From the NCBI RefSeq assembly GCF_006345805.1, contig NW_021835464.1, positions 1 to 64,000 on the forward strand: a DNA stretch of 64,000 nucleotides, read 5' to 3'. Under the pieces are notes generated by a model, which saw only the letters and a list, made by a program, of their open reading frames with translations, searched no databases and had not been told where the DNA came from. The stretch's first letter is position 1, and each line of letters opens with the position of its first letter. The DNA comes from Octopus sinensis. Lineage: Eukaryota. Below, piece after piece: positions 13,364 through 26,400 of the stretch. The position numbers and the translations under genes are program-made.

Positions 13364-14381
13364 TAATATGCAGTTTCTTCATCTTTTGAGCTTATTGTTA
13401 AAAGATGAAGAAACTGGGACGTAAGTTTATTTTGAGGTATTGGATGCATAAGACCGGAACTGACTCCGGTTTCTATGGTTTATGAGTGACTGAGATTAAA
13501 AAGCCTGTCACTGGACGGGAAGCAAGTCCTTCGTAGGGATAACTTCCCAGTTATTCCTTGAAATCATGTATATCTGAATGGAGTGGAGTAACATGAATTG
13601 AAATGTTTTAATCACATTGCACAGTCCTGGAATCGTCACCACAAAATTGAAAAGGAAAAACAAAACATTGTCACCTCGGCCTGTCATAGAAACCAGGATT
13701 CATAATATCGGCCCTTCACCTAGTCTGCAGACATAGAAATTCCTCCCCTGGAGGGGCGACGGTCCTTGGCTGGGTTAACTTTCATCTATTGCTAGAACAT
13801 TTTGAAAACTAAGTGAAGTGGAGTAAAGTATAATGAAGTGCTTTGCTCAAAAGCACAGCACTGGTTGGTCTGGAAATGGAATCTGATAAATATTCAACAA
13901 TAAAACACCAAAAATAATTACCTATTAGTTGTAGGTATTAAAGTTGATCGCATTAAAAGATTAGCAAAGGAAACCCAAGAGGGACCAAAATTCTATGTAG
14001 AGACAGAGGAATGTTAGTGAAATATATATAAAAATTTGCCGGAAGTGGAGACTTAAGTCTTTCAAAACAAAGTAATGATGCTTTTATCAGTTACAGCATC
14101 ATACATCTAAACCTTTCCTACGAAATGGTACCTAAAATCGACGAATGAATTGACTTGCTTCAGGATATGAGTCCTCAATTTTCTTTCTTTAACCGTTATC
14201 AGATTTTCGAATATTATTGAAACAAAGGAGACGTAATTGACAAATAGAGAAATTTGTAAATTTTCTGATGAAGTGTAAAAGCAAAATCCCATATTTCATA
14301 TAACATACAAAGACCCAAAATGATATCAAACTCATAGAAAAGTGCATATATGCAATACACACACACACACACACACACACA

Positions 14382-14414
<33 letters not shown>

Positions 14415-14418
14415 CATT

Positions 14419-14818
14419 GGAGTGGCTGTGTGGTAAGTAGCTTGTTTGCCAACCACATGGTTCCGGGTTCAATCTCACTGCGTGGCATCTTGGGCAAGTG
14501 TCTTCTACAATAGACACGGGCCGACCAAATGCTTCTGAGTGGATTTGGTAGACGGAAACTGAAAGAAGCTCGTCGTATATATGTATATATATATATATTA
14601 TATATATATATATGTTTGTGTGTCTGTGTTTGTCCTAGCATTACTTGACAACAGATGCTGGTGTGTTTATGTCCCCGTCACTTAGCGGTTCGGTAAAAGA
14701 GGCCGATAGAATAAGTACTGGATTACAAAGAATGAGTCCCGGGGTTGAGTTACTCGATTAAAGGCCGTGCTCCAGCATGGCCGCAGTCAATGATTGAAAC
14801 AAGTAAAAGAGAAAAAGA

Positions 14819-14820
<2 letters not shown>
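14419..14820 (+). mobile_element. SINE family A
   Basis: Colinear with the other family A copies. Confidence 0.9.
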
Positions 14821-14866
<46 letters not shown>

Positions 14867-14920
14867 GTATATATATAAATGTATGCATATATATACATAT
14901 ACTTGTATATATATATACAA

Positions 14921-14954
<34 letters not shown>

Positions 14955-14974
14955 GTATATATATCTAGGTTAGT

Positions 14975-15180
14975 GAATGCACATGGCACATGTTCGGGTG
15001 TTGGGTTTTGAATTTGATCCCCAGACTGTTGTGCTGTGTTTCCCTTGGGTAACATCGGTGGCGTGGATAAAGGAGTCCAGTAAGCAAGAGCAACTGCATA
15101 AAGTCCTTCCATAAACAACCTTGTCCTGGGAGGTGGAAGTTTCTAGGTTCAATACCATGGATATTCCTGACCAAACGGTG
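14975..15180 (-). mobile_element. Highly degenerate RTE-like LINE fragment
   Basis: With frameshifts the minus strand gives WT-LYPRH and [12 protein letters not shown], resembling the RTE WTLYRRH...ILGIKWQD.IPN region. Confidence 0.4.
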
Positions 15181-15907
15181 TTTCTACTTTTTCATATATA
15201 TGTGTACAAACATCAATATACATGCATATGCATATATGCGCTTCTTTGTTAATTTTTCCTCTCTCCCTATCCCCATCCCTCTCTTTCTCTTTATATATAC
15301 ATAGAAATGTATATATATATTTATATATATATATATGGTGTGGTTCTATTAAGTTAGACGTGGCCTGGGCCAATAATGGCCGAAACCTATCAAAGTATCA
15401 AAGTATCAAAGTATATGTGTGTGTGTGTGTGTGTGTATGTGTGTGTGTGTGTGTGCGCGTGTGTTTGTATATACATACGTTGCGATTGAGGAAGTGAGAG
15501 AGAGAGAGAGATCAGTAGATAGTGGCCTGACAATGAGGCTGAAAACGTATCATACGAGAAAATGCGGGTTGGATTCTTACAAAAGAATATCGCATTCCTT
15601 TGGAAGACCACTAAGGCAGGAGAGATGTATATCAGCGCGCATAACATCGCCCGATATACATTCATGCAACACGCAAATGTGACCATCTACCACACCAGTG
15701 CTTGAACATAGAAGTTTCGGTGGACGCAAAAGGTAAATCAGACCATAATAGGTCTCACTTATGAAAAAATTATATGGAAATGAGAAAAACCATAAGGCAT
15801 TTTGTTGTCACAAGCGATTTTGCCGATCCAACGACGTTTAGGCTGATAACACAATAATGAATATAGATAAGACTCTGCCTATGTGTATATACATACATAC
15901 ATATCTA

Positions 15908-15963
<56 letters not shown>

Positions 15964-16025
15964 TTGTGTATGTGTATGTGTGTATGTATAAATATATATA
16001 CACACACATATATATATATAAACAT

Positions 16026-16078
<53 letters not shown>

Positions 16079-16756
16079 TATATATGTGTATACATTATGT
16101 ATATGAAAGAGAGAGAGCGGGTGAGATAGAGAGTGAGTGGCGTTCATACACAGGACCCATTAACATATAGTAAAAAGCAATGTAACATAAACAATATTTT
16201 TTAGAGTGCGAGCAACAAAAATAAATGAAGGGAAAATTAATTATTGAACGAACAAAAGAATATATACTGCAAAATGAAGTGGAGTAAGAAGCGGAAAAGA
16301 AAGGACAGACAACTCGGTATGAAGTAAAGGACATACAGTAAAAAAAAATGTAACAAAAATATAGAACTAAGATAAGGACATACAAACTAAATGGGAACAA
16401 AGATATGTGGAAGAACAAAAGTAAAATTATATACGCAACAAAAAGCAAACTTAAGATAAAGCGTTTCGCCATTGTCTTCCGCCCCGCTCTTCTGGAAAAG
16501 GAGGGGGAAAAATAGAGGAAAAAAATTAAACCCGATAAAGTAGGAAAATTGGTAAGAGTAACCTAAATTTGCTGCAAGAAGGAGACTTTTTTTTTGCTGG
16601 TAGTGGTATCAGTAACAAGTATTTAACATGAGGAAGAAGCGATTACATATTTGTGTGGGATTACAATGATATAAGCCACAAAATATTAAAACATCGGATA
16701 GAATGAATATAATAAATATAAATATATTGAAACACAAATTCATATCATATCATATC

Positions 16757-16793
<37 letters not shown>

Positions 16794-17325
16794 AGTACAT
16801 ATACTTATATATAAATGCACTATGCTAAAATCATAGGAAAACTTATAAAAACATAAAAAATGAATTCGACAACATACACAGACATATGTGTGGTTATGTA
16901 TGTGAGTTTGTACAGAAATACGTCAAAATATTTCGATGTACACCCCCTTTAACACGTAAAAAAACTGCATATACAATCGCGCACAGATACATACGCCTGC
17001 GAAAGGAAACATACAATACGCTAAAGAACTACAAGACCATAAACAATAACCGAAAATAAACGCACACACATAAATAAAAACAAAAACAAGCGAAACACTA
17101 CCAGAACCGCTACCACAACCACCTCACCCCTACTGCTACTATCATCACTATCACCGCTATTCGCACGGAGAAAGCGAAACTCCGACCCACGCCAGCCCAG
17201 CTAAAATTAATAAATTAACAGAGAAAATCAGTCAAAAATATTATTCATATATAAACAAAAACAATACGAAATAAAATAAAATGAAATAAAATAAAACAAA
17301 ACAATGCATGACAAACTAACGAAGA

Positions 17326-17337
17326 CAAGATGGCGGC
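17326..17337 (+). promoter_or_regulatory. YY1-type motif CAAGATGGCGGC in a CpG-enriched patch
   Basis: Exact motif read at 17326-17337, overlapping an ATG; function not demonstrated. Confidence 0.35.
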
Positions 17338-17699
17338 CGTGTTATTTCCAGCAAATCACATGTCCACCTCTTCGCCTCCTGCTCCACGTTGTATAGCGCA
17401 CCGGTGCCTCCACACCTTCCAACACAACACAGGCTCACAAAGTTTAGATACAATATTATATATCTATATAGTTCTTGGTGTTTTGTGATTAGATTTCATA
17501 GTTCTATATTTCTGTTTTAAGTCAGTAGTTTATCGGTCTGCTACAGATAAGGAATGGTTAAAAAAATAAATAAATACCAGAAGTAAAAAAAAAATAAATA
17601 AAAATTATAACAAAGCCTAAAAATGAATGGAAAAATTATAAATAACATACAAGAAGAACAAAGAAGAACATACAAGCAAAAGAAAAAAAAGAAAAAAAC

Positions 17700-17831
17700 A
17701 ACTACATCAACAGCAACAGCAGCAGCAGCAGCAATATCAACGTATAAAACAATACAATAATATTTAAAAAACTGTATATAACACCAAAAGCAACGTAGAG
17801 AAACAAAATAATAATAATAATAATAATAATG

Positions 17832-17862
<31 letters not shown>

Positions 17863-17960
17863 GAAGTAAATAAATAACTGAACGGAATGCTGTTTGGTGT
17901 TGTTGTTGTTGTTGTTGTTGAAGTTGCTTCTGTCGATAGCGATAATAATGATGATGATGG

Positions 17961-18001
<41 letters not shown>

Positions 18002-18069
18002 TTGACGAAGACGATGACGACGATGATGATGATGATGATGATGATGATGTTGACGAAGACGATGACGAC

Positions 18070-18104
<35 letters not shown>

Positions 18105-18107
18105 GGG

Positions 18108-18141
<34 letters not shown>

Positions 18142-18143
18142 AG

Positions 18144-18180
<37 letters not shown>

Positions 18181-18184
18181 AATG

Positions 18185-18216
<32 letters not shown>

Positions 18217-19089
18217 GATGATGTTGATGATGATGATGATGATGATGAAGATGATGATGATGTTGATGATGATGATGATGATGAGGGTGATGATGGTGAT
18301 GATGAGGGTGATCATGATGATGATGATGATGATGATAGGTTGTTAATGATGATGAAGGTGATGATGATGACGATGATCATGACGATGATAATGATGATGA
18401 CGACGATGATGAGGAGGATGATGATGAGGGTGATGGTTGTGATGGTAATGATGATGATGATGATGATGATGGTGATGGTGATGATGAGGATGATGATGAG
18501 GGTGATGATGATGACGATGATGTCGAGAACGACGACAACGATAATGATAAGGACGCCGTGAAAGGACGATAATGATTGTGGTGGCGATTATGGTGATGGT
18601 GATGGTGATGGTTGTGGAGGCTACTGTTGGCCATGCGATGATAAGGATGATGAGGGTGATGATGATGAGGAGGAGGAGGATAATGATCATGATGAACACG
18701 GGCGTCAGTGGCGGTGGATGTGGAGGAGATTGTGGTGGGGGTTTATAATTATTATGATGAAGATGATGAGGATAAGGATAGCGATGATGACGACGATGAT
18801 AATGAAGGGGAGGATGAGAATGATGATGATAATAGCGACGATGACGACGATGACAGTAGGAGCGGGTGTTTCCGATCATGATGATGAAGACAATGATGAA
18901 ATTAATAATGATGACTTAGCCGATGACGACGACGACGGCGACGATGATGACGAATATGAGAATGATGATGATGATGATGATGATGGTGGTGATGGAGCTC
19001 ATTGTTTGTGGTGGTTATTTTTGATGTTGCTGTTGCTGTCGCCGTTGACCGTATTGTTATTTGAGATGTTGTTGCTATTGATATTATCA

Positions 19090-19139
<50 letters not shown>

Positions 19140-19158
19140 TTATTATTATTATTATTAC

Positions 19159-19212
<54 letters not shown>

Positions 19213-19760
19213 CATTATCATCATTGTTATTATTATTATTTCTGTTACGCTTGTTGTTGTTGTTGTTGTTGTTGTTGATGATGTTGTTGTTGTTGTTGTT
19301 GTGGTGGTGGTGGTGGTGGTGGTGGTATGGTGGAGGCGGCAGCGGCGGTGCTGGTATCGCTGATGTTGTTATTGGTAATTCCGCGGCTTGTCAATGTTAT
19401 CAATTTCTATAGCCTGACACACGCCCAAACCCACACACCGGCACCACACACCTACACAGCACCACGCCACGGCACACACCAGCATCACCACCACCACCAC
19501 CACCACCACCACCACCACACCACCATCATACACACACTCATTCACAATCACCTCTACTAACACCAACCGCCTCTCCTGCCTACCCCGGCATGACCGAAAA
19601 AAAACTACTGTTTTATTATCATTACTAAGTTATCGGTTCGGTATTTAGTTGTTGTTGTTGTTGTTGCTGTTGTTGTTATTGCTGTTGTTCTTTCGATATT
19701 GTCTTTTGTTATGCTTGGTGTGGCTGTTGTTGTTCTTGTTATAGTTGTTGCAATAATACG
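17700..19760. repeat. 2-kb compound trinucleotide array: (AAT)n, (GTT)n, (GAT/GAC)n, (TTA)n, (GTG)n, (CAC)n
   Basis: Direct reading; a 48-bp higher-order duplication starts at 18001 and 18049. Confidence 0.95.
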
Positions 19761-20090
19761 CGGCATAATCAGCAAAGCGCTCAATATATGCGACTTCAAG
19801 TTCCAGTCGTATTATGCTTACGCTCAGTTATGGATGTTCGGTTTCGATCCTCGCATCGCGATAACGTGGCGTTTGAGTTTAGTCACATTTTACGGCACAT
19901 TCGGCTAATGGTATAGTCTTCTGATGCAGTGATACTGATCAATACTTCGCGGGTGAATTTAGTCGAGGGAGACTATGCTGAAGCCTTGTCTATATATACA
20001 GAATGGGCCATATTTCATGCGAAAGTTAAGTTCAATACGATCCGGATTTGTGAATTCAATTTGTCAGAAATTCAATAAAATAAATGAATA

Positions 20091-20693
20091 GGCGCAGGAG
20101 TGGCTGTGTGGTAAGTAGCTTGCTTACGAGCCACATGGTTCCAGATTCAGTCCCACTGTGTGGCACCTTAGTTAGTTAGTTAGTTAATTTGGCTCAAAAG
20201 CAAATAGCAAGGCCATGTAGGGGGACATGGAGTTAAGTACAGGGTGGTGTTCATGTAAAGAGTTCAGGCCACTTGAGGTCCAGGGAGGCTTTGAACAAAG
20301 CGGTCGTCGGCATCTTCACCATCTCGTCTGGCAGCTTGTTCCACGGATCCGCAACACGGACGGAGAAAGCTCCTCTCCTTCCATTGAGATGAAATCGTCG
20401 CAGGTAGAGCTTTTCGGAATGAACCGGCAGCCGACGCTCTGGAGCAGGAGTGAAGAACAGCTCTTTCGAGAGGTTACACTTTCCGCTTATGATGTTGTGG
20501 GCGAGAATGAGATCACCACGGCGGCGGCGTTTTTCAAGAGAATAAAGGTCGAGCGTCTTCAGCCTTTCTTCGTAGGACAAAGTTTTGAGACCATGAACCA
20601 TGCGGGTAGCCAGCTTCTGGACCCTTTCGAGATGCTGTATGTCCTTGGGCAAGTGTCTTCTACTATAGCTTCGGGCCGACTAAAGACTTGTGA
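20091..20693 (+). mobile_element. SINE family A (5' half) interrupted by a CR1 insertion
   Basis: Head 20091-20169 ends ggcacctt and resumes ccttgggcaagtgtc at 20643. Confidence 0.85.
20170..20642 (-). mobile_element. CR1-clade LINE, 5'-truncated 3' end of ORF2 with a (CTAA)n tail
   Basis: Open frame KDIQHLERVQKLATRMVHGL..LSYEERL..LDLYSLEKRRRRGDLI...FSVRVADPWNKLP carries the CR1 C-terminal motifs. Confidence 0.92.
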
Positions 20694-20707
20694 CTAGATA
20701 ATAATGT

Positions 20708-20740
<33 letters not shown>

Positions 20741-20928
20741 CATTTATTTACCACAATGACGATGGATGAGAACAGTATAGAGACAGACATAAAGTGTGGG
20801 GGTTACATATAATGAATTAATAAAATTGAAAAAAGTCTAAAAATATATTCGAACCCTGTTAATTGTTTTAGATGCAAAAACTAGCAGCAAAGTGTTCAGG
20901 TATCTTTAGGGCTATCTTATTCAAAAGG

Positions 20929-21313
20929 GTGGAGGCGCAATGGCCCAGTGGTTAGGGCAGCAGACTCGCGGTCATACGATCGCGGTTTCGATTCCCAGAC
21001 CGGGCGTTGTGAGTGTTTATTGAGCGAAAACACCTAAAAGCTCCACAAGGCTCTGACAGGGGATGGTGGTGATCCCTGCTGTACTCTTTCACCACAACTT
21101 TCTCTCACTCTTACTTCCTGTTTCTGTTGTACCTGTATTTCAAGGGGCCGGCCTTGTCACTCTCTGTGTCACACTGAATATCCCCGAGAACTACGTTAAG
21201 GGTGCACGTGTTTGTGGAGTGCTCAGCCACTTACACGTTAATTTCACGAGCAGGCTGTTCCGTTGATTCGGATCAACCGGAACCCTCGTCGTCGTAACCA
21301 ACGGAGTGCTTTC
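20929..21313 (+). mobile_element. SINE family C (tRNA-Arg-like head), full length, 15-bp TSD
   Basis: A box tggcccagtgg, B box ggtttcgattcc, TCG at the anticodon-equivalent position. TSD atcttattcaaaagg at 20914-20928 and 21314-21328. Confidence 0.92.
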
Positions 21314-23589
21314 ATCTTATTCAAAAGGCTAATGCCAACATATTTTTCCCACAGGAATACAATCTGGTGGTAAAGAGCTTTGTAGAGAAGATGAATATTC
21401 ATATGTTGAGGATCTACGTAATGTAAACATTGGCTTATTAGAAAAGAGGGGACACTGCTGGAGTAATAGTGAGAGATATTACCTAATCAAAACTTTCTAA
21501 AAAATCTATTAAGGATTAAAAAAAAGACGGTTATATGTTTAGATGGAGAGTATGCAACCATTAAGAGAATATATAGCCGTTTAAGAGTTGCGAGAGACAT
21601 AATGTAATGTGGTTAAGATATTGTGAAGACGTTACGTAAAAAGATTAAAGAGGAAATCAAGAAATAGGGAGTGATTTGATAGAAAATAAATAATTGATAA
21701 TATTGAGAGAAATAAATTTGCTGGGGGGGAGGGAGAAATAATGGAATAAAATTATAGTCAGATCAATAAGTGATTATGGATACATGATAAAAAGTATATG
21801 TGCAGATATTAATATTATTAGTTATGATTAAAAAGAATAAGCTGTATTCTATACTTATGTAACAATAGGTATGAATTAAGTTAAAGGTTCTCTAATAAGA
21901 ATTCGTATATCTTTACTTGTTAAGATCAATTAATGGTGCAGGGTATACATGTAAAATAAAATTTAAAAGTACTGCATTATCGTTCAGCTGTGCAGAAAAT
22001 TTTCATTAATTATTTTAAAGCGCGATTAATGGTTTTAGGATTTGAATACACTAATAGATACTTTCAATTATGTGGAAAAAAATATTAGATCGATAAAAAA
22101 AAATTACATTTACTTATATGAGGAAGTAGAGGATTTGTGCAAATTAAATGAAAATATAAGGCTTACTTTTATTTTGGAAAACTTGTTCGAAATAATTTCC
22201 ACAATTAGGAACAAGGGGTTAACCCTCTTTGTCTATTTCTGGTAAAGATTTTGGATAATATGATAAATAAGAAAATAGATATTTTCGGGAGATATAATAA
22301 TTATTATCATACAAGAAAAACATAAGTATACATTATGTATCAGGCAGAGCATAGATGTAGCTGCTATTAAGGTATAATTCTATGATCAAGAATATGAAGA
22401 TGTATTTAATAGTAGGGTGTAATAGTAGTGTTTGTAAGAGGAAAGACGTTGACTAGGGATTAATGTTAGCGCTAGTTTATATATTATATAGAATGCATAT
22501 ATATTTACGAATTAAGTGGAGCCTGCAGAAAAATATGTGTAAACTCTGTGGATGGTGTGGATATATATATATATATAACATATTATATATAAAATCCGTT
22601 CTGTCTATAGATTCAACAGTTTCCAGCTTGATTCCAAGGATTTTTCTGATTTCCCCACCTTTTGAGAATCATTACACCACTTTTCTCAGTCGCAAATACC
22701 ATGTGCCAATATTTTTGCTAATCATCAGTACAGTTTCTATACCTCTTATATATATATATATATGTTACAAAAAGAAAATATTAAATACAGGTAGAAATGT
22801 AAGGGGAAAATATGAAGAATCAACGAAAATGCACATTGTAAATAAAAAAAGAAAAGGCTTTTTATGAAAGTTAACGACAGATATATACATTTAGATGGAC
22901 TGAGGTAGTAATAAAAATAAATAAAAGTCATTATTATGATATGTATATAAATGTATGTATGTATGTATGTATGTATGTATGTATGTATGTATGTATGTAT
23001 GTATGTATATATTGTTGTGTAACTTCTGTCTACCAAATTCACTTAAGAAGCGTTGGATGGCCCGAGGGAATAGTAGACAACATTAGCCGAACCTGTTAAG
23101 CGGTGGAGCTGTAGCCAGAATCACGTGGCTTGGAAGAAAGGTTCTTCCTACACATCCGTACTCTTTTACCCTAACGGAAGACAGAATAAGACCAGTCGAC
23201 GACATCAATGTCATCAGAAGAGAAACACAACACAGAGGACAAAAGGTTCGCATCTTAGCCGGGATGATTTGAAGATGACACAGAATAAAGGATGCAAGGT
23301 GCCTCATAATTCCATGCAATTTGGCGTATCTCTAACATAGATAGAAAGTATAGAGAGCCCACTAGTTGGTTCGGAAATCGATATGGGAAATTAGTTCGAC
23401 GAGAACGACTGATAGACACAAACGGCAGAGCAACGTTAGATAATAAGCTCTGCCGAAGCAATCGACTGTGAATATTATCACATCAACCAAGCATAGCACA
23501 ATATCGGTGATGACATCACTCGAATATTCACGTCAGTCTTTCATTCGTCTCTGATATACTGGCTCTGTACAAGTAAATACACACATCAC

Positions 23590-23807
23590 ATGTTAGTGAA
23601 TATATATATATATATTATATATATATATATGCATGCATGTATATATATATGTATATGTATATATATATAATATATATATATATTATATATATATATATTA
23701 TATATATATATATAGTATATATATATGCATATATGTATATATATATATGTTTGTGTGTGTATGTAGATATGAACATATCTATACATTTATCTGTATACGC
23801 ATGTACG

Positions 23808-23839
<32 letters not shown>

Positions 23840-23944
23840 TGAATATATGTATGTGTGTGTACATATAAAAATACGTATCTGTATGCATATATAGGTATAC
23901 ATGTGTCTGTATACGTATGTACGTATACATACATACATGCATAC

Positions 23945-23975
<31 letters not shown>

Positions 23976-24233
23976 TATACACATACATGCATACATACAT
24001 ACATATACATGCATATACATATATATATATATATACACGTATACATATATATATATATGCTCTTATATATATATATGCAGAAATATGTATCTGTGCTTGC
24101 GTGTGTATGTAAAAATGTAGGCTACTATCTCTCCATCTATTTATGCATGAAAGTATCTCTCAATCTATATGTATATATATATTTATATACGTATTTATAT
24201 ATACATATATGTATATATATTTATATGTGTATG

Positions 24234-24266
<33 letters not shown>

Positions 24267-24286
24267 TTATATACATATATGTATAT

Positions 24287-24320
<34 letters not shown>

Positions 24321-24344
24321 GTATGTATATATATATATATATAT

Positions 24345-24412
<68 letters not shown>

Positions 24413-24420
24413 GAGTATGT
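23590..24420. repeat. (TA)n/(TATG)n/(TACA)n compound microsatellite
   Basis: Direct reading. Confidence 0.95.
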
Positions 24421-25075
24421 GTGTCTATACATACACCATATTCACATATACGCAGAACGAAATCATATTATATAATGTTGCGCAGTATATGTGTAGGCAT
24501 GTGTGTACGCTTCTCTCTGTGTCCTTATACGTATGTGTTATGATATATGTGGGCGATATCACGAACAAAAAGTAAGACCACGATACGCCGAATACCACGT
24601 ATATATTTATTATAACGTAACAAATAAATATGATTAAATTCTTATAATATCTTCATATTTCACGATAAATGGTGCATTCTTTAGATGAATATGTTTCGTG
24701 CGAATGTTATTCTCTCAGATGCTGGTTTAATTTAAACTTCTCTTTATCTGTAGCATCAGGTTATCAATATCTGTTTAGGCTTTGATAAACATAAATATTA
24801 TTAGAGAAAAGTATCGGTTAATGTGTTTATGCGTACAACAATCTGTGTTCGTTTGTCTAAAGGCGTGTAGCAATATTCAAACTGATTAAAATTTCGCGAG
24901 GAGATAATTCAATATTTTTCAGCAAATCGAGATATATTAACTTATCCCTTCTCCTCGTAATCCTTGTTAATTTGGAGGGTCTAATATTAATGTTTAATCT
25001 AAAAAATCTTTACGATGTTTATATTCGCGGATACTGTGCTTCTCATATTGAATCTGCTGTGGATGTTCCTTCTTC

Positions 25076-25107
<32 letters not shown>

Positions 25108-25181
25108 CTTCTTCTTCTTCTTCTTCTTCTTCTTCTTCTTCTTCTTCTTCCAATCAGGACTGACACCATTATCCACAAAGC

Positions 25182-25526
25182 ATACTCTCTAATTCGAACC
25201 TACTCTAAGGTACAAAGAATGCGTGTGGCAACTTGAAGATCCACCCACCACACGCAATAGATTTCCTACTTCTGACACAAAGCAGAGGAGCCATGGTGTA
25301 ACCCACTTTGGTGTGGTTAGCTTTCAGACCCTAGTCTAGATTGCGAATCCTCTGTACTCCAGGATGGTTCAGCTCTCCATCTGTTAAAAGTCACCGTTTA
25401 CGGAATGAGGATAACAACGTAGCTTTCGCGCCCGTGCAACCGTCAGTCTATCGCGTGTGGTGGGTGGATCTTCAAGTTGACACACGCATTCTTAGTAGCT
25501 TAGAGTAGGCTTGAATTAGAGATTAT
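25182..25526. mobile_element. MITE-like element with ~75-bp inverted repeats
   Basis: 25186-25260 pairs with 25448-25522 with about 6 mismatches and a ~187-bp spacer. Confidence 0.75.
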
Positions 25527-25620
25527 TCTATGAGGCTAATGGCGTGAGTCCTGATTGGAAGAAGAAGACGAAGCACCATTAACACCACCAGCAGCTGCAG
25601 CAGCTCAACAAGACATCACT

Positions 25621-26076
25621 AATAATAATCCTTTCTATTATAGGTACAAGGCCTGAAATTTTTGTTGTTGGGGGGACCAGCTGATTATATCGTGACTGGT
25701 ACTTATTTAATCGACCCCGAAAGGTTGAAAGGCAAAGTCGACCTTGGCGGAATTTGAACTTAGAACGTAGCGGCAGACGAAATACCGCAAATCATTTCGC
25801 CCGGCGTGCTAACCATTCTGCCAGCTCGCCACCTTAACATCACTAATAATAATAGTAATGATGCTTTATTGTATGAGCACAAAGGCGGAAATTCGCGGAG
25901 AGAGGCCTAGTCGATCACATCGACCCCAGTGCTTAACTGGTATTTTGTTTTATCTACACTGAAAGGATGAAAGACGAAGTTGACCATACCCGAATTTGAC
26001 CCAAGAACATAAAGACTGGGAAAACTAGCTAGGCATTTGGTCCTTCGTGTTAACGATTCTACCAGCTTGCCGCCTT
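25621..26076 (-). mobile_element. Two tandem SINE family B copies (25621-25835 and a degenerate copy at 25858-26076)
   Basis: Both end with ccagct.gcc.cctt, the reverse of the head, and carry the gatgaaag..aaagt.gac core. Confidence 0.8.
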
Positions 26077-26189
26077 AATAATTCAAAATTATAACGTCTC
26101 GAATTATTTGTAAATGGACCCAGGGCTCAATTGGTGCATATTACTTCGACCCCAAAATGATGAAAGGCGAAAGCGACTACGTCACAGTT

Positions 26190-26400
26190 TCAACTAGCAC
26201 AAACACCTCTAAGCAATTCTGTGCTAAAACGTTCAGGAAAGACCTTTCACAAGAACATTATGTTAGTTTTGAATAGAGATATCGGCCTGGATTTATCTAT
26301 TATAGCCTCGCTTTTTGGTTCTTTACTCAGCAACATCACCACTTCTTTGCTTACATCAGCTTCAGTTGGTATTTATGGGTTACCTGTGAATATGTAGATC
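26190..26400 (-). mobile_element. Possible degenerate Tx1/L1 reverse-transcriptase fragment
   Basis: Minus frame IPTEADVSKEVVMLLSKEPKSEAIIDKSRPISLFKT resembles the L1-clade GV..LL.K....I.N.RPI.LLN region; stops present. Confidence 0.35.

Noticed and set aside
20227-20697. 156-aa plus-strand ORF
   Set aside because: It is the antisense frame of the CR1 fragment, which is clearly coding on the minus strand.
20931-21006. Possible tRNA-Arg gene
   Set aside because: It continues into a SINE body bounded by a TSD and has a second copy at 58969-59173; it is a SINE head, not a tRNA gene.
21330-22430. AT-rich unique stretch suspected to be a decayed LINE
   Set aside because: No RT or endonuclease motif could be read in any frame.
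23160-23570. CpG-containing stretch with several 55-76 codon frames
   Set aside because: It adjoins a degenerate SINE A, has competing frames on both strands, and shows no motif or clear donor.
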